Part shown: positions 9,220 through 19,541 of the stretch, one piece after another
Layout: every line of letters begins with the position of its first letter
Numbering within the stretch: the first letter of the stretch is position 1
Source: a virus
Strand: one strand, 5' to 3'
Virus record (IMG/VR): IMGVR_UViG_3300020185_000033
Coordinates: 1 to 64,000 of that record
Length of the DNA stretch: 64,000 nucleotides
Notes under the pieces: generated by a model
Told to the model about the DNA's origin: nothing
The model's database searches: none
What the model saw: the letters and a program-made list of their open reading frames with translations, nothing else
Program-made: the position numbers and the translations under genes

Positions 9220-10496
9220 AGTTCAGGAATACTTTCCTTCATACTTTGTTCACGTTTACTATCAAGTAGCAATGTATATTCTTTAAACACTTGCATTTGT
9301 TCTTCACTGTCTTCGTTGTATGATTCTTTTAATGCTTTAATTAGTCCTAGTACTGTTTGCTTGTTACGTTCGTCAGCATCAAAGTACTTACTTGTTGCGG
9401 ACCATGTCTCTAATTGTTGTATAGCAACATCACGAACGTTCTGTGGTAAGTTTCTAATATCTAAACACTTTGGGTAGTTGTTTAATAAGAAACTTATATC
9501 AATCCTACGCCCACTCTCATTTGATATCTCTTCAGCATAGTCAAGTAAGTCTGTAATGTTTAGTATGTTATATATTTGTATAACAGGACTAAACAAAATA
9601 TTACCTACTACTTCAGAATCAGCATAGTCTCTGATGTGCTTGTCAATAACGCTCCATGTACTTCCACTTCTAATATAGTCGTTGTATTGAGCATAGCCGT
9701 CTACACTTAAACACATCAATACATCTCTAAACTGTCCTATAGTTTCTAAAAACCTAGGCTGTATATTAGTCATGTTACTGTTAAACACTAAGTCGATATC
9801 CTTTGCTATTCCGAGCTCGATGCATTTGTTGAGGATCCAATACACTCGCTGTATAATAGTGGGCTCACCGCCGGTGAAGTATAACCTGTTGACATTAGGC
9901 AACCATTCTTCGACTGTTGCAAGGAAGCTAGGATCATCAAACCAAGGCTGAGTATAATCACTGAAATCGCCCCAGTGACTTGTATCCACGACAAACTGTC
10001 TTTCTTTTTCGGTGTATAATTCTTCATCTTGTAACTCCTTGTAGATTGCACTACTGTTTTGACTTTGGCACATTCTGCATCTTAAGTTACATAGTGTTCC
10101 TAATCTAAAGTCTAAGTATTGCGGTGCTTCTTCTACAACATAATTATTATCAATACTCTTATCGACTATCTCTTTTACTTGCTTTGCATTTCTGTGGAAG
10201 CCCATCCAATCCTCAATATAGTTTTCTCTATAACTAGGAATGCCTAGGTCTTCTAATTCATAACAAGGCTGGCAACCATCTACACGATCACCTTCTATCA
10301 TCTGCTTTCTTATCTCTCTATAATGATTATTGTTCCACACTGTGGATATATCATCGCCTTTGTTAAGCATTAATATACTGCCGTCATCTTTTTTAATTTG
10401 ACCACTAGCAACACAGCATATATTAATAGTACTACTAGGCTGTGTCATAATGTGTATCCACGGATACGGACAGAATGTTTTACTATAACTTGTCAT
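9195..10496 (-). CDS. Radical SAM protein with N-terminal twitch/SPASM domain (copy 1)
   Basis: CNLRCRMC; FTGGEP; N-terminal FCPYPWIH...ICC...CQPC. Confidence 0.92.
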   Translation of the reverse strand: MTSYSKTFCPYPWIHIMTQPSSTINICCVASGQIKKDDGSILMLNKGDDISTVWNNNHYREIRKQMIEGDRVDGCQPCYELEDLGIPSYRENYIEDWMGFHRNAKQVKEIVDKSIDNNYVVEEAPQYLDFRLGTLCNLRCRMCQSQNSSAIYKELQDEELYTEKERQFVVDTSHWGDFSDYTQPWFDDPSFLATVEEWLPNVNRLYFTGGEPTIIQRVYWILNKCIELGIAKDIDLVFNSNMTNIQPRFLETIGQFRDVLMCLSVDGYAQYNDYIRSGSTWSVIDKHIRDYADSEVVGNILFSPVIQIYNILNITDLLDYAEEISNESGRRIDISFLLNNYPKCLDIRNLPQNVRDVAIQQLETWSATSKYFDADERNKQTVLGLIKALKESYNEDSEEQMQVFKEYTLLLDSKREQSMKESIPELWELLGWT

Positions 10497-11724
10497 GTTT
10501 ATTACCTGCTTTTAGAAACTGCATTTGCTCTTGCAACTCCATTATACCTTCCTTTTCAAACCAAGGTCTAACATACTTGTATAACTCAGGGAAGGTACTA
10601 GCAACACTCTCGTCTCTGTACCTATCACTGAATGCTGTTTGTCTTACAAACTCATCCATGTAGCCGTCATAGTCTTCTTGGTTCATAAAGTTTAATGTAC
10701 TTTGTATTCTAGGATCGCTGTGTGTCTTATACTTCTCTGTGATGGCTTCCTTTGCTTTCTTAGGCAATGCTTTAGGACTAATGTGTTGTGGTACATACAC
10801 CATATTGAAATGTATTTCAGTTTCGATATTGTGTTCCTTTTGGTACTCTAGTAACTCATCCATGTACATAATATTAAATATACTAACTGTGTAAAATATA
10901 TTTGTTCTTATAAAGTCTGTATTTTTAAACTTCCAATAGTTTTCCATTACTTCATCAAACTGTTGTGGATGTCTAATGTAATTAAACCTTTCACCTACAC
11001 CGTCTATACTAAAGAATACTTGCACATCTTTAAACTGTTTAAGCAAGTCCATGTGTTGTGCCGGGTATATAGAACCGTTAGTATTATAACTTAGTGTTAT
11101 ATCTTTTGCTCTGCCTTTATCTGCTAATGTTTGTAATATATCGAAATGTCTTTTAATTAAGAACGGCTCACCGCCAAAGAATTCCAAACTCTCTACTTCT
11201 TCGATTTGACTTTCTATATCGTCCCAGAACTTTTCATTTAGTTCGGGCCAACGTCCTAGCCTGCCCATTAGTTGTGCAAACTGATTAGACTCACCGTCAC
11301 GTTCTATTTCTTCCGGCACCCACTGACTACTTGCGAAGCCTGTGCATATTCTACACTTAGTATTACAGATGTTGCCTAGTTTCAAATCCATGCTCTTAGG
11401 TTTGGCATGCTCCAAGTTATCTACGTGGTGTGCAAACTTTCTAAGTTCTCGTAAACGTTTACTATCAATGCCTGCGTCTTCTTCGTTCCAGCAGTTGTAA
11501 CATGCCTTAGGCTTCTCTCCTGCTAAGAAGTCTTCCTTAAGGTCTGCTAACCATTTACTATCCCATGCATCCTTTAATGTAGCACCATCAGCCAAGTTCA
11601 TGTCTGGTACAGTTTCCTGCATAACACAGCACACACCAATCTCTCCGTTGGTACGAGCCTCTTGGTTTATCCAAGGTAGTATACAAAAATGTTCTGGTCT
11701 ATTCGCCAAAAGGTGCACCCTCAT
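10483..11724 (-). CDS. Radical SAM protein with N-terminal twitch/SPASM domain (copy 2)
   Basis: CNTKCRIC; FFGGEPF; YNTNG; SIDG; N-terminal FCILPW...VCC...CYNC. The start may be a slightly downstream TTG. Confidence 0.92.
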   Translation of the reverse strand: MRVHLLANRPEHFCILPWINQEARTNGEIGVCCVMQETVPDMNLADGATLKDAWDSKWLADLKEDFLAGEKPKACYNCWNEEDAGIDSKRLRELRKFAHHVDNLEHAKPKSMDLKLGNICNTKCRICTGFASSQWVPEEIERDGESNQFAQLMGRLGRWPELNEKFWDDIESQIEEVESLEFFGGEPFLIKRHFDILQTLADKGRAKDITLSYNTNGSIYPAQHMDLLKQFKDVQVFFSIDGVGERFNYIRHPQQFDEVMENYWKFKNTDFIRTNIFYTVSIFNIMYMDELLEYQKEHNIETEIHFNMVYVPQHISPKALPKKAKEAITEKYKTHSDPRIQSTLNFMNQEDYDGYMDEFVRQTAFSDRYRDESVASTFPELYKYVRPWFEKEGIMELQEQMQFLKAGNKHDKL

Positions 11725-12997
11725 TGTAGTATGAACTTATGTCGCTCAGCTCAGGGAACACTTCAAACAATGTCTCTGCTCTAAACCTGTCCATCTCTTT
11801 AGCCTCTTGCATACTGTCTGATAGTAAGTGGCTGTCGTCACCTTCCATAAACTGTAACAGGCTGTTGAATGTATCTGTTGCACGACCCACAGGGTCTTTA
11901 CCTTCGATCCATGCTAACGTTTCTTTAATCTGATTTATTGCTTTAGTTCGTAAATGTAGTGGTAATACTGTTGCTCTATGTACATGCTTACCTAGTAAAA
12001 TATTAACACCAAAGTCTTTTGGTTCTATAAATTCTATATCACATAACTTCCTATAAAAGTTGCATACGTCTAATACATTAAAAATACTAACCGTACAACT
12101 AATGTTAAAGTCGTGTTGCGGTAGCTCTTGCTTTAGACGTTCTCTATTTGCAAGTGTATCACTCCATATAGTTCCTTTACGCAAGTACTCGCCTTTCTCC
12201 CAGCCTGCATCTAAACTGGCTCCTATGCTAACATTCTTAAACTTCTTCCAGAGCTCAACGGCGTCTTCGTCTTTGTATGTTAGTTTACTAAAGTTGGTGT
12301 TGTAAAATATTCTTACATCTGTTCTGCCCATTTCTACTAACTTGTTCATGATGTACCAATGTTCATCCATTAGTAACGGCTCACCGCCTGCCCAATAAAT
12401 TTTCTCTACTGTGTGCAAGTACGGATCGAACTGTTCCATAAATGCAGTATTTCCTTTTCTTATTTGCAATATCTTTTGTTCAGGAGTTCTGTTAAATTTA
12501 CTGTCTACTGCCTCGTCGAACCATTGACTGCTTAAATCAGGTCCACATGTTCTGCAACGCATGTTACATATATTACTAAATCTGATATCCATATAAGTTA
12601 GATGTACATCATCTAAACTGCCGTCTTCTTTTGTCTCTTGTACAATATGCGACTTATCTTTGTGTAAGTCATACTTTTCAAATATGAATTCATCGTTGCT
12701 TCTCTTACGCAACGTATCATGTCCTACTTCTTCTAGCTCGTAACATCTATTACAGTTAGATACTTTCTTATTGTCGAGCATGTCTAATCTAAACGACTTC
12801 ATGTTATCACTGTTATAACATTCATCTAGGTCCATTTCGTTTAAGTTACCGATAGGTGCGTCATGCTCACTCAAGCAACATGTAAACACTCTGCCATCGG
12901 GCCAAGGGTGCATGTGTATCCAAGGTAGGATACAGAACGCATCGCCTTCTGCTAACTTTTTTATTTCTTCTACTGTTTTATTAATCTTATTATCCAT
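11699..12997 (-). CDS. Radical SAM protein with N-terminal twitch/SPASM domain (copy 3)
   Basis: CNMRCRTC; WAGGEPL; YNTN; N-terminal FCILPWIH...TCC...CNRC. ATG at 12997 preferred over track start 13021. Confidence 0.92.
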   Translation of the reverse strand: MDNKINKTVEEIKKLAEGDAFCILPWIHMHPWPDGRVFTCCLSEHDAPIGNLNEMDLDECYNSDNMKSFRLDMLDNKKVSNCNRCYELEEVGHDTLRKRSNDEFIFEKYDLHKDKSHIVQETKEDGSLDDVHLTYMDIRFSNICNMRCRTCGPDLSSQWFDEAVDSKFNRTPEQKILQIRKGNTAFMEQFDPYLHTVEKIYWAGGEPLLMDEHWYIMNKLVEMGRTDVRIFYNTNFSKLTYKDEDAVELWKKFKNVSIGASLDAGWEKGEYLRKGTIWSDTLANRERLKQELPQHDFNISCTVSIFNVLDVCNFYRKLCDIEFIEPKDFGVNILLGKHVHRATVLPLHLRTKAINQIKETLAWIEGKDPVGRATDTFNSLLQFMEGDDSHLLSDSMQEAKEMDRFRAETLFEVFPELSDISSYYNEGAPFGE

Positions 12998-13734
12998 GCG
13001 TTTAAATCCCATTCCCACCATTTCTCACCTTGATGCCAAGCACCAGGGTTGCGGTGATGATTATTGTGCCATCCTTCGCCAAACGTTATTAAGTTGACCA
13101 CGTGATGGTTAACACTTTTGTCTTGCGTGTCCCAAGTTCTATATCCTAAACTGCGTAACCCGTGCCCATGTCCCCATGTGTTAAAGGCACCTGTTGCCCA
13201 TACGCATAAACTTGCTGGTACAAGGTATGCATATATAATTAACATAGGATCTATAATTACTAGCAATGCTATATATAATAATATATATGCAAAAAAGTAT
13301 TTGTGAGCATTCATTACGTCTTTGTTCTTTATCCAGTCTTTAGCATTACGCAGATCCCAACGTCCTGTATCAGTTAAGTCTAATGTCCAACTGCGCCATG
13401 TACTCATATGATGTGGGCTGTGGGGGTCTAAAGCATCGTCTGTGTGCTTATGATGTTCTCTGTGGGTAACTATGTATCCAAACACACTACTAACACTTGC
13501 CAACGTGGCACTTAGTATTAACACCCTTTCCCAAAGTTTGCTTGTCTTAAATGTTTTATGAGCAAAGTATCTGTGTTGTCCAACACTGTTGCCTATACTT
13601 GCAAACCAAAAGTATGCCACAAGTGATACCCACAAGTAGTTACTTGGTCCTAGTACCACAGCCGTAGCAAGTCCTAGATGCATTAAGCATCTTAACACTA
13701 CGAGTTTAGGTCTAGTAAATGCTAGTATGTCCAC
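12970..13734 (-). CDS. Membrane fatty acid desaturase (delta-9/DesC-like)
   Basis: Three His boxes HRYFAH, HREHH and HNNHH; DPHSP; TFGEGWHNNHH; hydrophobic transmembrane segments. Confidence 0.93.
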   Translation of the reverse strand: MDILAFTRPKLVVLRCLMHLGLATAVVLGPSNYLWVSLVAYFWFASIGNSVGQHRYFAHKTFKTSKLWERVLILSATLASVSSVFGYIVTHREHHKHTDDALDPHSPHHMSTWRSWTLDLTDTGRWDLRNAKDWIKNKDVMNAHKYFFAYILLYIALLVIIDPMLIIYAYLVPASLCVWATGAFNTWGHGHGLRSLGYRTWDTQDKSVNHHVVNLITFGEGWHNNHHRNPGAWHQGEKWWEWDLNAWIIRLIKQ

Positions 13735-14956
13735 TTTCTTCTACCTTGTCTACAAGTTTACTGAATGCTTCTCTCCAGTTACTTTCATCATTCTTATCTA
13801 ATAAATCGTTATAACGACAAAACTGTTCCCACTTTAACTCGTCCCAGTCGCTGTTGTTAAACATGCTCAACAGTGTTCCTAGTTTGTGGTCATTGCCTAA
13901 TTCTTTTCTAAATTCTGTATGTATCAACTCTCGAGCCTTAACGGGTATAACCGCAGGACTTAGGTAATCAGGATCATACACGAAGTTCATGTCAACTTCT
14001 ATCCCATTCATCTCTGCCCATTTAAAAAACTCAGGCAACGTTGCATAATTGTATGCACTCACAGTTTGTGTTATTCTTAGAACTAACTTGTCTCTGTTTT
14101 GCTTTAAAGTTTCTATGGTCTTTAATACAGCATTCCAGTTAGTACCTGTTCGTATAAAAGCATTACGATCTTCTAGGTCGTCTATGCTTAAACATATTCT
14201 TGCTTCTTTGAACTCGGGCCACAGTTCTAAAGCAATAGGCGGTAGCATAGTGCAATTAATGTTGTACCATAGTATAACATTTTTACTTCTGCCACTGTCT
14301 ACTAATTTTTGTAAGTATGCCCAGTGTTGTTTAATTAATGTTGGCTCCCCTCCATTAATATATAGTAATTCTAAATTGGGTGCAGAGTCAAATAAATCAT
14401 CATAGAAGTTATCATCCTCTGCCCACTTAAAGTCTTCCGGAAAGTTTAATCCTAAGTAACCCTTGTTTATGAAGTCAGCCTTTTCAACAATGTCTTTATA
14501 ATCTTCGAGCCACTTTGAACTACTTGCTGGATTGCAAGTACGGCACCTAACGTTGCATACATTACCAAGCCTAAGCTCAACAAAACGCAAATCCATAGGT
14601 ATGCTCCCATCCTCACTAGTAAGTTTGGATGCCCAATCGGTGGTATTTTGTTTAAATACTTCGGTCTCATGTTGTCGTTTGCTTTTCACTCCTTTGTCTT
14701 CTTCCTCATAGCATCGCATACATGCTTTTGGTTTTTCGTCGTTTAGCATTTGCAGTCGAACTTCTTTATAGTAGTCACTATTCATATGCTGTTCAACTGA
14801 CTGCTTGTTTAAATCAAAGAATTGGTTATGGTCCTCCTTATAATTCCTTGCTCGATTCAAGCCATCAGTGTGATCACTTATACAACATAATGTTACACCA
14901 CCGTGTGGGTGTGTTGCTAAATGATTCCAAGGTAGTGGACAATATGTGTTACTCAA
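13712..14956 (-). CDS. Radical SAM protein with N-terminal twitch/SPASM domain (copy 4)
   Basis: CNVRCRTC; INGGEPT; N-terminal YCPLPWNH...LCC...CMRC. Confidence 0.92.
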   Translation of the reverse strand: MSNTYCPLPWNHLATHPHGGVTLCCISDHTDGLNRARNYKEDHNQFFDLNKQSVEQHMNSDYYKEVRLQMLNDEKPKACMRCYEEEDKGVKSKRQHETEVFKQNTTDWASKLTSEDGSIPMDLRFVELRLGNVCNVRCRTCNPASSSKWLEDYKDIVEKADFINKGYLGLNFPEDFKWAEDDNFYDDLFDSAPNLELLYINGGEPTLIKQHWAYLQKLVDSGRSKNVILWYNINCTMLPPIALELWPEFKEARICLSIDDLEDRNAFIRTGTNWNAVLKTIETLKQNRDKLVLRITQTVSAYNYATLPEFFKWAEMNGIEVDMNFVYDPDYLSPAVIPVKARELIHTEFRKELGNDHKLGTLLSMFNNSDWDELKWEQFCRYNDLLDKNDESNWREAFSKLVDKVEESGHTSIY

Positions 14957-16374
14957 TTGCTATACTCCCCTTGACTGACAGGCAGGAACCCTGCTGTCGA
15001 CACTGCTTCAAATTCTGCATCATAATCAAACTCATGTTTAATTAACTCATACAGTTCAGGGAAAACTTTAACAAAGTTTTCTTCTCGGTATATATCTCCT
15101 CCCACTATTTGAGATTTGAATATAGTCCATTTTTGCTGACTGCTACGCTCATCAAAGAACTTTAACTTTTCAGCATCAAATTTATTTTTTAAACTGCTAA
15201 CTACACTGTCGCCATTTACATATAGCGGTGAGTTCATAAAGTTTACTAGTGCATTGGCTTCTTCTCTGTACTGAGGTAACCAATCATATCTTAATAATTT
15301 ATCTGAAACCATCTTTTTCGCTGACTTCGGAAGTACTGGTGGCGATATCCATTTCGGATAGTGTACCGAATTATTCCAAATCTTAAAGTTAGGAAATGTA
15401 GTCTTAAAGTATTCGTGGAAGTCCGGCAAATATAAAATGTTCAGTGCGGTAACTGTGTGTGTTATTTGTACAAACACAGGGTGCTCACTGTTATGTAATT
15501 CATAATAGTAATCTAAATTTTGTTTTACTTCGTCCCACTTGCCTGGGTGCCTGAGGTACGTGAACTTATCTTCTACTCCGTCTATGCTAACACTAAATGC
15601 TATGTCCTTAAAGTTTTTAACCATCTTGTCTAGGAAATCTTTATCAGCAATAGTACCGTTAGTACTTAATGTTAATGCTACATTCTTTGACCTACCTGTG
15701 TCAATCAAATAATCCACAAACTGTTTGAACTCTTTCATATAGAAAGGCTCACCGCCCATTATTTCCATACGCATTACATCTTTAGTCCAGTCGTCCATTG
15801 TTTTCCAGAATGCACTACGCTCTATGTCGTTCATATTAATTTCAGCAGTTGTTTCCCAAAAAGGAATATTTCTGTCAATTGATTCTTCTCTCCACTTACT
15901 GCTGTAGTTTGTGTTGCAACTTCTACATTTTAAATTACATGTGTTATCAAATATTAACTGTACATCTATTAGTCTTTCAGGTTCAACGGAATAGTTAATA
16001 CAATCATCGCCATACCATTCTTTATAATAGTTATTGTACTGCTGTCGTTTAGACTCTTTTCCGTTGCTCTCATCTACCCAACACGTCTCACAGTTAGGAA
16101 TATCTTCGCCTCCACGAATTCTATTTCTCATGTTGGTCATTGTTTCGCTATTAAGTATTTCAAGCATCGAATGTTCACCTAGGTTAAAATCTTTGCCGTG
16201 TTTATCTTTAATTCTGTCTTTTGCAATACAGCAAGTTCTCACTGTGCCGCCAGGTTCATTACTAATATGACTCCATAGTAATGCACAGTATTTGAAATCC
16301 GGATCGAAATAATCCTTTGCATCAGCAGTGTCATACTCAAAACCGAACCTATTTATTTTTCGCGAAGTAGTCAT
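14953..16374 (-). CDS. Radical SAM protein with N-terminal twitch/SPASM domain (copy 5)
   Basis: CNLKCRSC; MGGEPF; STNG; SIDG; N-terminal YCALLWSH...TCC...CETC. Confidence 0.92.
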   Translation of the reverse strand: MTTSRKINRFGFEYDTADAKDYFDPDFKYCALLWSHISNEPGGTVRTCCIAKDRIKDKHGKDFNLGEHSMLEILNSETMTNMRNRIRGGEDIPNCETCWVDESNGKESKRQQYNNYYKEWYGDDCINYSVEPERLIDVQLIFDNTCNLKCRSCNTNYSSKWREESIDRNIPFWETTAEINMNDIERSAFWKTMDDWTKDVMRMEIMGGEPFYMKEFKQFVDYLIDTGRSKNVALTLSTNGTIADKDFLDKMVKNFKDIAFSVSIDGVEDKFTYLRHPGKWDEVKQNLDYYYELHNSEHPVFVQITHTVTALNILYLPDFHEYFKTTFPNFKIWNNSVHYPKWISPPVLPKSAKKMVSDKLLRYDWLPQYREEANALVNFMNSPLYVNGDSVVSSLKNKFDAEKLKFFDERSSQQKWTIFKSQIVGGDIYREENFVKVFPELYELIKHEFDYDAEFEAVSTAGFLPVSQGEYSN

Positions 16375-17356
16375 AGTTCTCTAATAAAAATTTACTAACA
16401 CACAGTCTTGTTCTGTGGTTGCCTCTGTTTATGCTTTTATATTTTGCTTCTTGTGATGTAGCAAACAATACGCAATTAGTTACCTCTAAGTCGTTGTGTA
16501 AACACAAGGCATAGTAGGCGTCATAGTATTTAACTGGAATGTAATCAGGGCTCCAGTTTAACATACAGAACACACCTATCTTACAGGCAAAGTTATTCAC
16601 GATACCATTTTGGTTTGCAAACATTACAGGGTCGTCAATCTCATCACGCTGAAATCTTATACCTGCTCTAGCACCAATAATAGGAAATGTTTTGCCTAAA
16701 CTAAATGTTACTTCTTCGATGCACTTGTGGGATAAATCTATATTTATATTTGAACACATACCAAAGTAAGCCATGTCTATTAAAACAGGAATATCCATTT
16801 TTGTTGCTGTTAGTAAAAAGTCAGTTAACTGGTTATGCTTACAGCCGGTATCACTAAACGGACAACTAATTATTAAAGCATCGCCTGGCTCTAGTGCATT
16901 ATGTTCTGAAAGCCATTCCCAATCAAGATTCATTACGTTACAGGCAATCTTATGCATCATGAAGTCGCCTGTTGCTACTTTGAAGCGCCTGTTGTTATGT
17001 CTCATCATAAACATTTGAAATGCTTCCGATGTGCCGTTAGTAATACTTGCATGTCGATATAAGTCTAATCCATGTATAGTATTAAGTTTTGTAGAACCAA
17101 TCCAGTCTCTAAAAACTGTTTTATATTCTTCTTGTATAAGGTGCTTACCATCAGCAACAAATATATCAGTTAATCCATCTTTGGTATATTCTTTTAATTT
17201 CTTTGTTATGTCTTCATCTTGTAAAGCATAGCCGCCTTTAAATTCTGCTACATCTACATTTCTAAGGTCAATACTTTCTCCGCATCGTTTAAATAGCGGG
17301 TTATCGTATTTAGGTATGTTCACTTCGTTATTACATACTTCAATCTTCGTCAGCAT
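16349..17356 (-). CDS. PLP-dependent enzyme, fold type I (aminotransferase-like)
   Basis: ITNGTSEAF, VLIDMAY (Asp contacting PLP), TFSLGKTF..IGARAG (Schiff-base Lys). Confidence 0.75.
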   Translation of the reverse strand: MLTKIEVCNNEVNIPKYDNPLFKRCGESIDLRNVDVAEFKGGYALQDEDITKKLKEYTKDGLTDIFVADGKHLIQEEYKTVFRDWIGSTKLNTIHGLDLYRHASITNGTSEAFQMFMMRHNNRRFKVATGDFMMHKIACNVMNLDWEWLSEHNALEPGDALIISCPFSDTGCKHNQLTDFLLTATKMDIPVLIDMAYFGMCSNINIDLSHKCIEEVTFSLGKTFPIIGARAGIRFQRDEIDDPVMFANQNGIVNNFACKIGVFCMLNWSPDYIPVKYYDAYYALCLHNDLEVTNCVLFATSQEAKYKSINRGNHRTRLCVSKFLLENYDYFAKNK

Positions 17357-18131
17357 CTAACTCTCCATGTCCGTATTCAGTATCAATGTGATAAGGCTGG
17401 TTCTTATCATTGTCATACCAATATAAACTTTTATGTGGTGGATCTCTCCAATCATGTACACTGTCGCTGATATAATAAAATAGTCTAAAGCCTACTCTAA
17501 ACTTATCCTCAGGACAATCTATCGGATTAGGATGTCCATGAAAGCCACGTTTGTGATATTTCCAAATTACAACATTGCCCATCTCTGGGAAGTAACTTAC
17601 AATTTTATCTTTCTTCTCGAAGTCCCAAAATTGTAAATCTCCATTCCACTCTGGCTCCCATTCAGGAGTAAAATATAGAATCAAACTTAATGCCCTATGT
17701 GTTTGACATTGTTCATTCCAATTAAAGTCAGTGTGTATTTTTAAACTATCACCTTTATAACTTTTCATGTACCCTGCCCCCACAAGATACGGATCAGGGA
17801 GTAAATGACCTACGTCACAAACTTTGCTTAACCATGTCAAGAAAGGTTTGCTATGTAAGGCACTAACTACTGCTCTGGCAACTGGTGCCTCTTCTAAATC
17901 ATTACACTCTTCCATATAACTATCAGCTCTTGTGAACGTTGTCCAAAATGCTTTAGGTATAGTTTTACTTTCTTCGTATAATGCTTTTGCTACATGCGGA
18001 GGAACAAAGTCCTCGACATGTAACGTAGGATAAGGCGGAGTATATCGATACTTCTCATTTAAAGAACGCATCTCTTCCTTCTTGCCCCACTTAGTAAAAA
18101 TATAATCTAGTATTTCCTGATCCGTAATCAA
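17340..18131 (-). CDS. 2OG-Fe(II) oxygenase, prolyl-hydroxylase-like
   Basis: HTD...H...R pattern (LKIHTDFN, FHGHP, KFR); WNGDLQFW. TTG start at 18131 with GGAGAG RBS preferred over track start 18215. Confidence 0.85.
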   Translation of the reverse strand: MITDQEILDYIFTKWGKKEEMRSLNEKYRYTPPYPTLHVEDFVPPHVAKALYEESKTIPKAFWTTFTRADSYMEECNDLEEAPVARAVVSALHSKPFLTWLSKVCDVGHLLPDPYLVGAGYMKSYKGDSLKIHTDFNWNEQCQTHRALSLILYFTPEWEPEWNGDLQFWDFEKKDKIVSYFPEMGNVVIWKYHKRGFHGHPNPIDCPEDKFRVGFRLFYYISDSVHDWRDPPHKSLYWYDNDKNQPYHIDTEYGHGELDADED

Positions 18132-18132
18132 T

Positions 18133-19452
18133 TTACTCTCCCCTGGTGTTACCGTAATGTATAACAGTAATACCTTGAGCCTTAGGAGTCTTCCTCCACG
18201 GATCAATAACAACACTGCCTTCTGGGAAGGATAAGTCTGTGCCGTTACCCGTCTTAACAGTTAATGCAGTATCACAGTCTGTAACATTGTGATCACCGTA
18301 CCACTTAGACACAAAGTCCAATTGCTCACCGTAAGTGACCTCTGGGTTATGTGCTAGTAAGTAAACTGCTGGTTGGCTTAATACTTCTGCTGTAGGAATA
18401 TCTCCTGTTTGTTCGTCATAGTAGTAAAGGGTATTACCTGCTTTCTCTACATAATGACCTACGAGCATACTGCTAGAGCCTGCTTCGTATGGAACCATTG
18501 GCTTGTATGCTTTACCTACAATAATTATAGGCTTCTCATCATACATCTTACCTTGGAACATATATCCACTAGTGTGCTTGATAAGTTCCTTTGCCATGTT
18601 CTCTGCTTGTACTTCTCTACTACGCATTACTGCATCAAATAAGTCATAGCCTAAGTCCAAGTCCTCTGCCATCCAACGCAAGGCAATATTATCTCTAGGG
18701 TGGCAAGCACCACCATCGCCCATACCTGGCTTCATATAACCTGGTCCCATAATACGTCTGTCACTGTTAGCAAGTGCATCACATACAACTTCTGCATTGA
18801 TGTTGCCTGCCTTTTGAGCAACGTCTTGAATCATGTTTACTAAACTTACTTTTGCACTAATAAATGTGTTATAGAAAACTTTGATACATTCTACTTCGTC
18901 CCAAGTACCGATAACATAGTTTGGTTCATTCTGCATAATTGTATCGTAAAAGTCTCTTAACTGTTTCGCATCACCAGTTTCGCTTCCGTCTTCTGTACCT
19001 ATCATTACCATTTCTGGATTAACCATATCCCACTTGACTGTGCCCATAGCAATTAAGTATGGGTTGTAAATGAAACGTGCATTAGTAATAAGATGTACGA
19101 AGTCTCGTCTTACCGTTCCCGGTAGTACTGTTGATATAAGGACGACTAGTTGGTCTTTTGTTGCTACCTCATTCACCTGAGTTAGAACTCGCTTGACTGT
19201 ACTATAGTCGAAGTCCTTATTTGGTAAATGGCTGGTAGGTGCTTTTCCATCATATTGCGGATCATGTGGAGTTTGTACTGCAATAAAAACAATGTCTTGT
19301 CCTTTTACAGCATCTTCCATCTCGTTAACCATTGTAAAGTTTTCAGGCTCTACCGGGTTAATATCATATCCAACAACATCATGTACTTCGGCGACCATTT
19401 CGGCGCAGGCTTGTCCTAACTTGCCAACTCCGATAAATCCGATTGAGGCCAT
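18133..19452 (-). CDS. UDP-glucose/GDP-mannose dehydrogenase family nucleotide-sugar 6-dehydrogenase
   Basis: GxGxxG (GVGKLG), FIAVQTP, STVLPGT, ECIKVFYNTF (catalytic Lys), GGACHPRD (catalytic Cys), GKAYKP. Sugar specificity unknown. Confidence 0.9.
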   Translation of the reverse strand: MASIGFIGVGKLGQACAEMVAEVHDVVGYDINPVEPENFTMVNEMEDAVKGQDIVFIAVQTPHDPQYDGKAPTSHLPNKDFDYSTVKRVLTQVNEVATKDQLVVLISTVLPGTVRRDFVHLITNARFIYNPYLIAMGTVKWDMVNPEMVMIGTEDGSETGDAKQLRDFYDTIMQNEPNYVIGTWDEVECIKVFYNTFISAKVSLVNMIQDVAQKAGNINAEVVCDALANSDRRIMGPGYMKPGMGDGGACHPRDNIALRWMAEDLDLGYDLFDAVMRSREVQAENMAKELIKHTSGYMFQGKMYDEKPIIIVGKAYKPMVPYEAGSSSMLVGHYVEKAGNTLYYYDEQTGDIPTAEVLSQPAVYLLAHNPEVTYGEQLDFVSKWYGDHNVTDCDTALTVKTGNGTDLSFPEGSVVIDPWRKTPKAQGITVIHYGNTRGE

Positions 19453-19502
19453 GTTGTTCTCCTAAATTTTTAAATATGTGTGTGTAGAATTAACTACTCT
19501 TA

Positions 19503-19533
19503 TATTTATCATCTAAGTTAAACAGTGTTTTAA
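19503..19533 (-). promoter_or_regulatory. Late-type promoter GATAAATA (19503-19510) plus upstream 16-bp pseudo-palindromic box (19518-19533)
   Basis: Minus strand TTAAAACACTGTTTAA-N7-GATAAATA in the intergenic gap before the dehydrogenase; the same arrangement occurs at 38486 and 62344. Confidence 0.65.
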
Positions 19534-19541
19534 AGTTGTGA

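Noticed and set aside
16741-16748. TATAAATA matches inside coding regions (also 1169-1176)
   Set aside because: Expected by chance in AT-rich DNA; no upstream box and no suitable spacing to a start codon.
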